Assembly (NCBI GenBank): GCA_965216875.1
Contig: OZ244207.1
Span: forward strand, 416,001 to 480,000
Direction of reading: 5' to 3'
DNA from: Rubripirellula sp.
GTDB lineage: Bacteria; Planctomycetota; Planctomycetia; Pirellulales; Pirellulaceae
DNA length: 64,000 nt
Under the pieces are notes generated by a model. The model was not told where the DNA came from and searched no databases. It saw only the letters and a program-made list of their open reading frames with translations. How positions within the stretch are numbered: the stretch's first letter is position 1; each line of letters starts with the position of its first letter. The position numbers and the translations under genes were made by a program. Below are positions 19,244 to 29,597 of this stretch, one piece after another.

Positions 19244-22200
19244 GTGATGTCACGTCACCGTGCCTTGGCGGTCTGTTCGATCAGCATTGTATTGGTTTCC
19301 GCCTTTTTCTCTGTGTTGATGGCCGCAAGGCCTCAGCAGGCGACGTGGAAGGACGTTAATGATGCGATAGCCAAAGGGCTGCCCAAGACCGCCATCGAAA
19401 AGCTCGGCCCCATCATCGAACGAGCAACCGAGTCGGGAAGCCACGCCGAGGCGATCAAAGCGATCGGGATGAAAATCGCTCTCGAGGGCAACGTTCAGGG
19501 GAACAAGCCGGAGGAACGGGTGACCCGAATGAAGGCTGAAATCGCCGGTGCACCTGAGCCGATGAAGCCGGTCATGCGCGCGATCCTGGCCAACTGGTAT
19601 TGGCACTATTTTCAGCAAAACTCCTGGCGGTTCATGCAGCGAACTCGAACGTCGTCGGCGCCGAGTGATGACTTCACGACCTGGGACCTGCCTCGCATTT
19701 TGGCCGAGATCGACAAGCACTTCACCGAGTCGCTCAATGACGCTGAAGCACTGCAAGCGATCCCCATTGCCGAGTACGACGACCTGTTCGAAAAAGGCAA
19801 CGCGCCTGATTCATACCGCCCCACCGTCTATGACGTGATTGCCTACAACGCGTTGGATTTTTACCTCGCGGGCGAGCAGGCCGGCGCGCGCTCTCAAGAT
19901 GCGTTCGACCTATCCGCAGAGAGTCCCGTTTTTGATTCGGGCGAAGCCTTCTTGGGATGGGAACCAGAATCGGATGACGACAACTCTTCGATGCTCAAAG
20001 CGATTCGGTTGATTCAGCAAGTTGCCGAGTTTCATGCCGACGATGACGACCCGTCGGCACGATTGGATATCGAATTGTTTCGCTATCGATTTGGCAACAG
20101 CCATGCATTTGGCGAAGAGAAAACGAATCGTTTCAAGTCCGCGCTCACGAGGTTTATCCGCGAAAACGAGGACCATCCGATTTCGGCACGTGCGATCCAT
20201 CAGCTCGCAAGTACGATTCACGCCGAAAACGACTTTGTCAAAGCCCGCGCGACGGCCCAGACGGGGCTGACCAAATTCCCTGAAAGCATTGGTGCCAGTC
20301 GTTGCTACAACCTGATTCAACAAATCGAAGCCAAAGAGTTGCACGTCACCGCGGATCGCGCGTGGAGTAATGACCAGCCGTCGATCAACATTCAATATCG
20401 AAACATTGACAAAGTACACTTTCGATTGGTGCCCTACGATTTTGACAATTACGTCAAGTCAAACCGTTGGGGTCCCGAACAGCTCGATCGAAACCAACAA
20501 CTCGCGCTGCTCCGGCTGAAGCCGATTCACAGCTGGGAGGTGTCGGTACCGGTCACGGAGGATTACAAGCAACGCGTTGAACGCGTTTCGCCGCCCGATG
20601 ATTTGCCAGCCGGCTCGTATTACCTGATCGCGAGTCACGCCGATGACTTTTCGGAACAGAACAACGTGGTCGGGTATTGTGAAGTCTGGGTGACCAAGCT
20701 TGCGATCGTGTTGCGAGGCCGAAACTACGAGGACATGAGCGACGGATTTGTGCTCGATGCCGAAAGCGGTGATCCGATCGCGGGTGCGGTGGTGAAGGGT
20801 TGGCAACGCGACAATCAAGGCAAGTTCCATCCGATCAAATCGACGAAGACCGACCGCAACGGGAAGTTTGAGTTCCCACTCGCTCAACGAGCCAGTCTGT
20901 TCTTGGCTACACACAAGGGTGAGTCGTTCGCCTCGATCAATCACGTTCAGGGCTACGGACGTGGATCGAGATACCGAGTCCAAGAGCAAACGATGTTCTT
21001 TACCGACCGGTCGTTGTACAGGCCGGGACAAACGATCCGCTACAAAGGGATTTGCTATTCGTACGATCAAAAGGAGAACAACTACCGCACAATCGGAGCA
21101 AGAAACCTTACCGTTGTATTTGCGGACGTGAATGGGAAGGAGATTGAACGGCAAACACATCGAACAAACGAATACGGTAGCTTCAACGGTAGTGTCACCG
21201 CGCCGCGTGATCGCTTGACGGGCCAGATGAGCATTCGGGTTGAGAATGCACCACCCGGAAGTGCCTCGTTTAGCGTCGAGGAGTACAAGCGTCCCAAGTT
21301 CCGTGTTGCTGTGGATCGCCCGGAAAAAGCGGCACGGTTGGGCGATACGGTCAAGGTGAAGGGCACGGCGACGGCCTACACCGGCGCTGCGATCAATGAT
21401 GCTAAGGTGCGTTGGCGGGTTGTTCGCGAAGTCCGTTATCCCGATTGGTGGTTCTGGCGATGTTGGTGGATGCCACCACAATCAGGGAACAGCCAGGAAA
21501 TCGCTCACGGTACAACCGTCACGGATGCGGGCGGGGCGTTTTCGGTTGAGTTCGGCGCTAAACCCGACGTCAAAGTCCCGCAAGAATCCGAGCCAACGTT
21601 TCGTTATACGGTTTACGCGGATGTGACCGACACCGCAGGCGAAACACGCTCGGCATCCCAAACCGTCAGCGTCGGCTACACGGCATTGTCCGCCAAGATG
21701 ACTGCGGCGAACTGGTTGACCGAAGATGAACCAGTTGACATTCGTGTTCGTACGACGACGCTCAACGGTGTTGACCAGCCTGCCAAAGGCACGATCAAAA
21801 TCTATTCGCTCAAGCAGCCTGAAAAGGTCAGGCGACCAGCTCTTAGCGGCAATCGCTACTACTACAACTACGGCATCGGTTTCGGACAGCCGCCGGCACC
21901 AGATCCTGCGAACATCCATTCGTGGGAGCTCGACAAGCTTGTTCTGGAGACTGAGTTTGCCACCGACGCATCGGGCGCGACGACGATTGCAGCGGAACTT
22001 GCGGCCGGACCCTACCGCGCCAAACTCGAATCGGCGGACCGTTTCGGAAAGCAGGTCACGGCGATGCTTCCGCTTCAGGTCTACGCTCCCGACGCACCCA
22101 AATTGGCGATCAAGATCCCGCACTTGTTTGCTGCCCCAGATTGGCGGGCCGCGCCTGGTGAGGACTTCACGGCACTTTGGGGCAGTGGCTATGACCGTGC

Positions 22201-25200
22201 CCGAGCCTTTGTCGAAGTCGAACATCGTGGCAAAGTGATTCAAAGCTATTGGACCGATCCGAAGCAGACGCAAAAGGTCATCCGGCAAAAAGTCAGTGAG
22301 CCGATGCGCGGAGGATTCCACATTCGCACAACGATGGTGCGCGAAAACCGAGCCCACTTGGAATCTCGCTACGTTGATGTTCCATGGGACAACAAACGTC
22401 TGAAGCTCCACTGGGAACACTTTGTTTCGAAGCTTGAACCGGCACAAAAGGAAACGTGGACTGCTGTGATCAAAGGTCCCGACGCCGAAGCAAGCGTTGC
22501 CGAGATGGTTGCAACTTTGTACGACGCATCACTCGATGCTTATCGCGGGCACTATTGGTCGGGGGCGTTTAGTGGCTTTTATCGAGACAACTCGACCGTG
22601 CGCTCGATGTTCGAAAACACGAACAAGAATCTGAACTACATGTTCCACAATTGGCGTGTTTCGTTCCGTGGTCAAACGTTGACCTACCGCCATTTTCCAG
22701 CGTCGATCATTCAAAGCATGCAAGGCTACGGGTACTTTGGCGATACGACTGTCATGGAAATGCAAATGGACGGCGCAATGGCACCCGCATTGGCACGATC
22801 AGCGGCGCCAGCGATGAATCGCCGTAATATGCGGTTCAGTCAGGTGGGCAGTGAGCTGAGCAGCGGAATGGGCGGCATGGCTGCTGACAAAAAGGCAATC
22901 TATAGCGCCCGACCAGAACGTCGAGTCCAGCAAGCCGCGGCGCAAGCACCAACTCCCGATCTCGAGAATGTGTCGGCTCGCAAGAACCTCAACGAGACGG
23001 CGTTCTTCTTTCCTCATCTGGTTTCGAAGAAAGATGGCACCGTGCGAATGGAATTCACGATGCCTGAAGCGTTGACGGAGTGGAAGTTCATGGGGTTTGC
23101 CCACGATCAACAGCTTCGTGGTGGTTCGCTTTCGGGCACGACGGTGACGGCCAAGGAATTGATGGTCCAACCGAACCCGCCACGGTTCTTGCGCGAAGGC
23201 GATGCGATTGAGTTCACCGTGAAGGTCAGCAACGAATCGCCGACGAACCAGTCGGGTCACGTCCGTTTGACCTTTGCCAACGCGACGACTTCAAAGTCGG
23301 TCGATCAGGCGCTGGCGAACGTCGAGACGGATAAGGCGTTCGACATTGCGGCTGGCCAATCTCAAACGCTTTCTTGGAAGTTGGATGTGCCGGATGGAAT
23401 CGGATTCCTTACCTACAAAGCGGTTGGTTCAACGGGGCGATTGTCCGATGGCGAAGAAGGTTATTTGCCCGTCCTGTCGAGGCGAATCCTCGTACGTGAA
23501 TCACTGCCCCTTCCGATTCGCGGAAAACAAACCAAAGACTTTCGCTTCGAGAAACTGTTGGCCTCCGCTGATTCGCAGTCACTCAAGCATCAATCATTGA
23601 CCGTTCAAGTCGTTTCGAATCCATCTTGGTATGCCGTGATGGCGTTGCCTTATTTGATGGAATACCCGCACGAATGTACGGAGCAGACCTTCAATCGCAT
23701 GTACGCCAATTCGCTGGCCAGACACATCGCGATGTCCGATCCGAAAATCGCAAGAGTCTTCGAGCAGTGGCGGGCAACACCGGCGCTCGATAGCCCGATG
23801 GAAAAGAACGAGGATCTCAAAGCGGTCATGCTCGCGGAGACGCCATGGTATCGCCAAGCGAAGTCGGAAAGTCAGGCTCGTCGCAACGTGGGGATCCTGT
23901 TCGATAACAACCGGCTCGATCGCGAAACGGCTCGGACACTTCGAAAGCTGACCGAGATGCAGCTTCCCGATGGCGCTTGGCCTTGGTTCCCAGGTGGAGG
24001 CGCAAACGACTATGTCACGCTTTACATCACGACTGGCTTTGGTCGCATGCGGCATTTGGGAGTGGACATCGATACCGCAGCTGCGATCAAAGCGGTTGGA
24101 CGCTTAGACCAATGGATGACCAAACGCTACAACCAGATTCGTCCCGAGGATCGCGGACATAACCACTTGTCAACAACGGTAGCGTTTTACCTTTACGGGC
24201 GAAGCTTCTTCCTAAAGGATCAAGCTGTCGCACCACAGCATCGTGAGGCGTTCAACTATTGGGTTGGGCAGGCCAAGAAATATTGGCTGCAATTGAGTCA
24301 TCGCCAATCACAAGCTCACCTGGCCGTTGCCTTGCATCGACTTGGAAGCCGCGAAAACGCTCGCGGGATCATGCAGTCGATTCATGAGCGATCCGTCTCG
24401 GACAAAGAGCTGGGGATGTTTTGGCGTGACACCGAGCTTTCCTGGTGGTGGTACCGCGCTCCGATCGAAACCCAGGCAATGATGATCGAAGCGTTTGACG
24501 AAGTGATGGATGATCGAGTCGCGGTCGAAGATTGCAAAGTTTGGCTTCTCAAGCAAAAGCAGACCCAAGATTGGAAGACGACCAAAGCAACTGCTGATGC
24601 TGTGTACGCGTTGCTGTTGCGTGGAAGCGATCTGTTGGCATCGAACGAACTTGTGCAAGTCGACTTGGGCGGCGAGACGATCGAGGCCGCGAACGTCGAG
24701 GCGGGGACCGGATTCTACGAACATCGCGATGTCGGCGCTGCGGTATCAGCCAAACAGGGTGAGATCACGGTTTCGAAAGTTGATGACGGGGTCGCTTGGG
24801 CAAGCGTGCACTGGCAATACCTCGAAGATATCGCCAACGTCACGCCGCACGAAGCAACGCCTTTGACGCTGACCAAACAACTGCACCGTAAGGTGAATAC
24901 GGCCAAGGGGCCAACGCTGGTTCCGGTTGAAGGGCCGATCGGCGTCGGCGATGAATTGGTTGTACGAATTGTGCTGAGGACCGATCGCGACATGGAATAC
25001 GTTCATCTAAAGGACCATCGTGGAAGCGGAACCGAGCCGACCAATGTGTTGTCCCGTTACAAGTACCAGGATGGTTTGGGGTACTACGAATCAACCAAGG
25101 ACACGGCAAGTCACTTCTTCATCGATTACTTGCCAAAGGGGACGTACGTCTTTGAGTATTCGACTCGCGTGCAGCTCAAGGGCGAGTATCAAACGGGCGT

Positions 25201-25273
25201 CGCGAGCGTGCAATGCATGTATGCACCAGAGTTCAACAGTCACTCCGAAAGTTTGCCGATCGTGGTCAAGTGA
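19244..25273 (+). CDS. Alpha-2-macroglobulin family protein
   Basis: FTDRSLYRPGQT (MG2), ARKNLNETAFFFP, PPRFLREGD, thioester YPHECTEQ, CMYAPEF C-terminus; 2009 aa. Confidence 0.93.
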   Translation: MMSRHRALAVCSISIVLVSAFFSVLMAARPQQATWKDVNDAIAKGLPKTAIEKLGPIIERATESGSHAEAIKAIGMKIALEGNVQGNKPEERVTRMKAEIAGAPEPMKPVMRAILANWYWHYFQQNSWRFMQRTRTSSAPSDDFTTWDLPRILAEIDKHFTESLNDAEALQAIPIAEYDDLFEKGNAPDSYRPTVYDVIAYNALDFYLAGEQAGARSQDAFDLSAESPVFDSGEAFLGWEPESDDDNSSMLKAIRLIQQVAEFHADDDDPSARLDIELFRYRFGNSHAFGEEKTNRFKSALTRFIRENEDHPISARAIHQLASTIHAENDFVKARATAQTGLTKFPESIGASRCYNLIQQIEAKELHVTADRAWSNDQPSINIQYRNIDKVHFRLVPYDFDNYVKSNRWGPEQLDRNQQLALLRLKPIHSWEVSVPVTEDYKQRVERVSPPDDLPAGSYYLIASHADDFSEQNNVVGYCEVWVTKLAIVLRGRNYEDMSDGFVLDAESGDPIAGAVVKGWQRDNQGKFHPIKSTKTDRNGKFEFPLAQRASLFLATHKGESFASINHVQGYGRGSRYRVQEQTMFFTDRSLYRPGQTIRYKGICYSYDQKENNYRTIGARNLTVVFADVNGKEIERQTHRTNEYGSFNGSVTAPRDRLTGQMSIRVENAPPGSASFSVEEYKRPKFRVAVDRPEKAARLGDTVKVKGTATAYTGAAINDAKVRWRVVREVRYPDWWFWRCWWMPPQSGNSQEIAHGTTVTDAGGAFSVEFGAKPDVKVPQESEPTFRYTVYADVTDTAGETRSASQTVSVGYTALSAKMTAANWLTEDEPVDIRVRTTTLNGVDQPAKGTIKIYSLKQPEKVRRPALSGNRYYYNYGIGFGQPPAPDPANIHSWELDKLVLETEFATDASGATTIAAELAAGPYRAKLESADRFGKQVTAMLPLQVYAPDAPKLAIKIPHLFAAPDWRAAPGEDFTALWGSGYDRARAFVEVEHRGKVIQSYWTDPKQTQKVIRQKVSEPMRGGFHIRTTMVRENRAHLESRYVDVPWDNKRLKLHWEHFVSKLEPAQKETWTAVIKGPDAEASVAEMVATLYDASLDAYRGHYWSGAFSGFYRDNSTVRSMFENTNKNLNYMFHNWRVSFRGQTLTYRHFPASIIQSMQGYGYFGDTTVMEMQMDGAMAPALARSAAPAMNRRNMRFSQVGSELSSGMGGMAADKKAIYSARPERRVQQAAAQAPTPDLENVSARKNLNETAFFFPHLVSKKDGTVRMEFTMPEALTEWKFMGFAHDQQLRGGSLSGTTVTAKELMVQPNPPRFLREGDAIEFTVKVSNESPTNQSGHVRLTFANATTSKSVDQALANVETDKAFDIAAGQSQTLSWKLDVPDGIGFLTYKAVGSTGRLSDGEEGYLPVLSRRILVRESLPLPIRGKQTKDFRFEKLLASADSQSLKHQSLTVQVVSNPSWYAVMALPYLMEYPHECTEQTFNRMYANSLARHIAMSDPKIARVFEQWRATPALDSPMEKNEDLKAVMLAETPWYRQAKSESQARRNVGILFDNNRLDRETARTLRKLTEMQLPDGAWPWFPGGGANDYVTLYITTGFGRMRHLGVDIDTAAAIKAVGRLDQWMTKRYNQIRPEDRGHNHLSTTVAFYLYGRSFFLKDQAVAPQHREAFNYWVGQAKKYWLQLSHRQSQAHLAVALHRLGSRENARGIMQSIHERSVSDKELGMFWRDTELSWWWYRAPIETQAMMIEAFDEVMDDRVAVEDCKVWLLKQKQTQDWKTTKATADAVYALLLRGSDLLASNELVQVDLGGETIEAANVEAGTGFYEHRDVGAAVSAKQGEITVSKVDDGVAWASVHWQYLEDIANVTPHEATPLTLTKQLHRKVNTAKGPTLVPVEGPIGVGDELVVRIVLRTDRDMEYVHLKDHRGSGTEPTNVLSRYKYQDGLGYYESTKDTASHFFIDYLPKGTYVFEYSTRVQLKGEYQTGVASVQCMYAPEFNSHSESLPIVVK

Positions 25274-25452
25274 GGCTGTATTGAAGCAGCCGGCGTCGAA
25301 TAATCGATACAGCTGGTACAAGCTCACAGGTGATGTTGCGTTTGAGCAACAAAAGGTGTTGCGTTTCGGCATCATCGGCAAAGGCAGCGTGGTAGGGTTC
25401 AGCGGACAAATTGTGTCCAGAAGGAAGCTTTTACCCTACCCGGACATTTTCG

Positions 25453-28275
25453 ATGAACCGCTGCTTCATCGCACTCGCAAAACGTCGCGCTGGCGGGCTG
25501 CCTCTTGGCAACCTGTTGATCGTTGCTGCGTTGTTGCTGGTCGCGACCGGCAGCGGGTGTAGCCGACTTCGCTTGCCCGCAATCGATTCGACTGGACGTT
25601 GTCTCTTTGCGCCCAAAGGGACGACCACAACATTCGCTCTTCCCGGTTGCAACGGTGAAGCCACGATCTGCAATCGGGCGATGGACCATTTGAAGCTGCG
25701 TCTGCAAGAGCACAAAGCCAAACTGCGTGCACACAAAGACAAACTCAAAGGTGTGTTTCCACCCAAGTCGGCGTTTCCCGAGCCAGCAACGCCACCAAAA
25801 TGCCAAGTGCCCAGCCTGCCCGGCGCACTTGGCAAGGGCAAGAAACCTGAAGCCTGTGTGCCGAGCGCGCCGTGCGGGCTCGGCTGCGAATGCGGCCCGC
25901 CAGCAGTCTTGTATGGCTGCGAAATCGATCTGAAACCAAACAAATTGCCTCGCAGCGGCAAACGCGGGTGCATCCTACTGACTCCCCAAAAGATCGTTGC
26001 GCCAGTCGGCGGTGAAGTGATTCTGTTGTCTGGGATCTGTGGCAACGATGGTTATCTACAAACCAATCAGCGTCTCGAATGGATGTTGACTCAAGACAGT
26101 GTGGGGACATTCATTCAAGTTGGTGATGATGCGCCGAGCTTGCTCGGACGATTGGCTGCGGCGAAGAAACAACCAACAAAGCACGATCCGTCATACGCTC
26201 ATGGCCTGACGAGCAGCAAGCGAATCAAGATCACTCGCGGTAACAATGACCCGCGAGACGACGTGCAATTGGAAAAGGGCCAGACCTGGATTTCGCTTAG
26301 CAGCCCCAACGAAGGAACAAGTCGCGTTACGGTTCTTGCTCCGGACAGCAATTGTTGGGACCAACGTAAAGCGACGGCCACGATCTACTGGATTGATGCG
26401 CGTTGGCAATTCCCTGGTCCACAGCTCGTGCCGGCGGGAACCCCTGTTCAACTCAGTACTCGCGTGACGAAGGCCGAAGGGACGATCCCGGCCGAGGGTT
26501 GGCGGGTGCGGTATGAGATTCAGCAGCCTGAGCTTGCACTCTTTGCGGGACCGACGCCCTCGTCAGTGGTCGAAGCTGTCGTTGACGGCTCGGGCAACGC
26601 AACGGTGCAACTATTGCCCAATGCTGGCACTGCGGGTACTGCAACCATCGACATGACGGTCATTCGTCCGACCGGGCAAGCGGACCAAATGCCAACGATG
26701 ACGATTGGTCGCGGCCAAACGTTTGTCACATGGAGTTCACCGAAGTTGGCACTGCGAGCGGGCGCGCCGCCGGTGGCCACCTTTGATGTGCCAGTCCAAG
26801 TCGTGGCGAATGTTTCCAACCCAGGCGATCAACCGGCAACCAACGTCCGTGTCGAAGCGAGCATCCCACCAGGTATTCGCGTGACCGAAGCCGATAGCTT
26901 CGCGACCGTGACCGATCGAACCGTGATCTGGGAAATCGGAATGCTTCCGCCCCAGCAACAGCTCGACCTGTTCATGAACGTTGCGGCTCAGCAATCGGGT
27001 GCGATCAACTTTGTCGCCATCGGTGACAACCTTCGCGCCGACGACACGGTGCGGATCGATGTCTTCCAGCCCTCTTTGCAATTGAAAGTTGCTCCTGAGA
27101 GTGACCGATATGAGGCAGGCCAACCGGTCACCTTCAACATCGACCTGACCAATTCGGGTAACCGAGCGCTGAATAACGTCGAATTGACAGCGACCGGTGA
27201 TGACGCGATGGAGCACTCCCAAGGGGGACGTGGTATTCGCAATCGTCGCGAAACGCCTCTTCAGCCCGGCGAGACTTGGCGCAAGAGCGTGACGTTTCTG
27301 CCAACGGCTTCCGGGCAACGTTGCATCACCGTTCAGGGTTTTGCTGACGGTGGTCAACAAATCCAAGAGCAATCATGCGTGACGGTTCTGAACGCCCCGC
27401 CACCCAACCGAGAGATTTCGGCTGTGCTTCAAGGGCCCAACCGATTCACCGTCGGAGGGCCGGCCGATGTCGTCACTGCAACCATCACCAATACCGGTGA
27501 AGTGACGCTGCAAGACATCAAAGTGACGATGGTTAGTGATCCACAATTGCAGTTCAGTCAAGCGACCGCTGACTATCGTGACCGCGCTGGCCGTAACATT
27601 GCTGAATGGACGATCCCGTCGTTGGGGCCGTCACAAGTCGTTCATCTGCAAGGCGAGTTTATCGGAAGTGCGGTAGGAGCCAATTCACGCGTCCGTGTGA
27701 CCGCGGTAAGTGGTGATGGCGTTAGCGATGAAACGGACTTTGTGACCAATGTAGTTCCGCCACTTCCATCCGGTGGTTCACCCGTGGCGCCGCCGCTACC
27801 ACCCGCTTCACCGGCACCCGAGATTCCGGGCGGCGCGGCACCGTCACAGCCCGCACCCCTTACCGGACCACCGGGAGGCGGCGGACCGATACAACCGCAA
27901 CGCTCAGGTCGTTTGCGGGCCGAACTGTTTGGACGAAACAATCCAGTACGTGTGAACGACCAGATCGGCTACTCGTTGCGAATCCTGAACGATTCCAACG
28001 AGCGTGACGGTCAGGTCTTGATTGACTTTCAGTTGCCGGCCGGTGTGAGCGTGGTCGGTGCCAACCCTGTGAAGAACCCCAAGCAAGGCGAGTACGACCG
28101 AAACGCTGGTGTGATCTCGCTGCCATTGATTCGGACTTTGGAGCCCGGCGAGGCGATCGATTACGAGATTGTCCTGTCGAGCAACATTCCTCAGCAAGTG
28201 AACCTAAACGTACGCGTTCGTAGTCTTCGCGAGCCCAACGGCGTGATCGTCGGGGCAACGACGGACGTCCGCTAG
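25453..28275 (+). CDS. Probable lipoprotein with Cys-rich N-terminus and DUF11/Ig-like repeats
   Basis: Lipobox-like ATGSGC; repeated NxG...A.NV...L.PG motifs; Pro-rich linker. Confidence 0.65.
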   Translation: MNRCFIALAKRRAGGLPLGNLLIVAALLLVATGSGCSRLRLPAIDSTGRCLFAPKGTTTTFALPGCNGEATICNRAMDHLKLRLQEHKAKLRAHKDKLKGVFPPKSAFPEPATPPKCQVPSLPGALGKGKKPEACVPSAPCGLGCECGPPAVLYGCEIDLKPNKLPRSGKRGCILLTPQKIVAPVGGEVILLSGICGNDGYLQTNQRLEWMLTQDSVGTFIQVGDDAPSLLGRLAAAKKQPTKHDPSYAHGLTSSKRIKITRGNNDPRDDVQLEKGQTWISLSSPNEGTSRVTVLAPDSNCWDQRKATATIYWIDARWQFPGPQLVPAGTPVQLSTRVTKAEGTIPAEGWRVRYEIQQPELALFAGPTPSSVVEAVVDGSGNATVQLLPNAGTAGTATIDMTVIRPTGQADQMPTMTIGRGQTFVTWSSPKLALRAGAPPVATFDVPVQVVANVSNPGDQPATNVRVEASIPPGIRVTEADSFATVTDRTVIWEIGMLPPQQQLDLFMNVAAQQSGAINFVAIGDNLRADDTVRIDVFQPSLQLKVAPESDRYEAGQPVTFNIDLTNSGNRALNNVELTATGDDAMEHSQGGRGIRNRRETPLQPGETWRKSVTFLPTASGQRCITVQGFADGGQQIQEQSCVTVLNAPPPNREISAVLQGPNRFTVGGPADVVTATITNTGEVTLQDIKVTMVSDPQLQFSQATADYRDRAGRNIAEWTIPSLGPSQVVHLQGEFIGSAVGANSRVRVTAVSGDGVSDETDFVTNVVPPLPSGGSPVAPPLPPASPAPEIPGGAAPSQPAPLTGPPGGGGPIQPQRSGRLRAELFGRNNPVRVNDQIGYSLRILNDSNERDGQVLIDFQLPAGVSVVGANPVKNPKQGEYDRNAGVISLPLIRTLEPGEAIDYEIVLSSNIPQQVNLNVRVRSLREPNGVIVGATTDVR

Positions 28276-28312
28276 AGAAGCATTACGAGCGCCAGCTTCC
28301 GCCAGGGAATCA

Positions 28313-28374
28313 GTTCGTAGTACCGGCTTTAGCCGGAAAACCATGGCCAGCCGGCTAAAGCCCGTACTACGAAC
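28313..28374. repeat. GTAG-type REP-like family D inverted doublet
   Basis: GTTCGTAGTACCGGCTTTAGCCGG...CCGGCTAAAGCCCGTACTACGAAC. Confidence 0.8.
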
Positions 28375-28816
28375 GCGACACCGATTCAAAGGCCGGTTAT
28401 TCCGCCTGACACAACTACGACCGCTGGCGCGTCATCGTCCGCTCGTGCCGCCAAAGCACACTGGCAACACCGATGCAAGCTGTGCCCATTGCTCGAGTAA
28501 ATCGCAGTGTGCGTGGCGACCACAGAATGTTCGATTACCGAGGCCCGCGACGACGAAGACACAACCATCAAGAGACTTCATGACGCGAACTAACCGCATT
28601 CGCCACCTTCCCACTCCATGGCATGGCGAAGAAGCGAGGGCGTGGGCACAAGCCAGTCCTGAAGCAGCCGCACAAAGCGACCTCTCCCTCGAGTCGCACA
28701 TCTGTGGGGTTGTGTCCACGCTCCGCTTCACACGGTTCGCAAACAACACGAGTCCCTGACGCCCATACAAACTCTCAAACCAACTTCCCCTCCGGCAGCA
28801 CCTCCCCGAGAAAACT

Positions 28817-29134
28817 ATGGCAAAGAAAGACACCTTTCGAATTGTGACGCGAGGAAGTGACGGCTCGCTCTTGATCCGTGACTACCCGAACTGCGAACCG
28901 ATCCTGAAGATGCACATTCAAGTGGGAACGGACGACTGCAGCACCGACTTGGCTCTGCGTGGGATGCCTGTGTTTCGCGGCTTGATCGGCCCCATGCCCG
29001 AGGGCAAGAACATCGTTCGCTACGAATCGCCCGAAGTCTTCGAGACCCTGACCAAAGAATGGGGTAGCGCGAAACCACGCCGCCGTACGCGACGAACCAA
29101 GTCGGAAATGGCAGCTGAAAAAGCAGCCTCCTAG
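28817..29134 (+). CDS. Small hypothetical protein with basic C-terminal tail
   Basis: 105 aa, ATG start after GAGA, natural composition, fills an intergenic gap. Confidence 0.65.
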   Translation: MAKKDTFRIVTRGSDGSLLIRDYPNCEPILKMHIQVGTDDCSTDLALRGMPVFRGLIGPMPEGKNIVRYESPEVFETLTKEWGSAKPRRRTRRTKSEMAAEKAAS

Positions 29135-29210
29135 TCGCGCCGGCTGAATTCACCTCAGTTTCACGCCGATCGCCTCCGGCGTGACCCGCACCTCGCGACC
29201 ACGCTCCGCA

Positions 29211-29437
29211 CCTCGTGACCACGCTCTGCGTGGTCACGCACTCCTCGGACGCTCCGCGTCCTCTTCGTAGGTCATGCTTCGCATGACAATCGTTTTCGCA
29301 TTGCACGCTGTTGAGAGTAGGGCCCGACGCTAGCGCGTTCGGCTCACAAGAGAAGCCAGAAGGTGGGTTGCTTTCCCACGCTCTGGCGAGCGTCGCTACG
29401 GTGAATGCGAGGCCCGACGCTAGCGCGTTCGGCTCAC
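29211..29437. repeat. Composite REP mosaic (families B, C, E, C)
   Basis: B 29211-29261, conserved spacer, C 29321-29347, E 29355-29400, C 29411-29437. Confidence 0.8.
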
Positions 29438-29597
29438 GTTTGTCATCGGGCGGCGACCGATTTGTCGTCAAAGTGATTTCATTGCATCCGCCCGATGATT
29501 CGCTAATGACATCGGGTGCTCCGTTTTGTTAGTTCCTGATTGAAAGCAGCTTTGAGTGCCAAGGCTGCCCGCAACTAGGACATGACAAAACAGCCCC

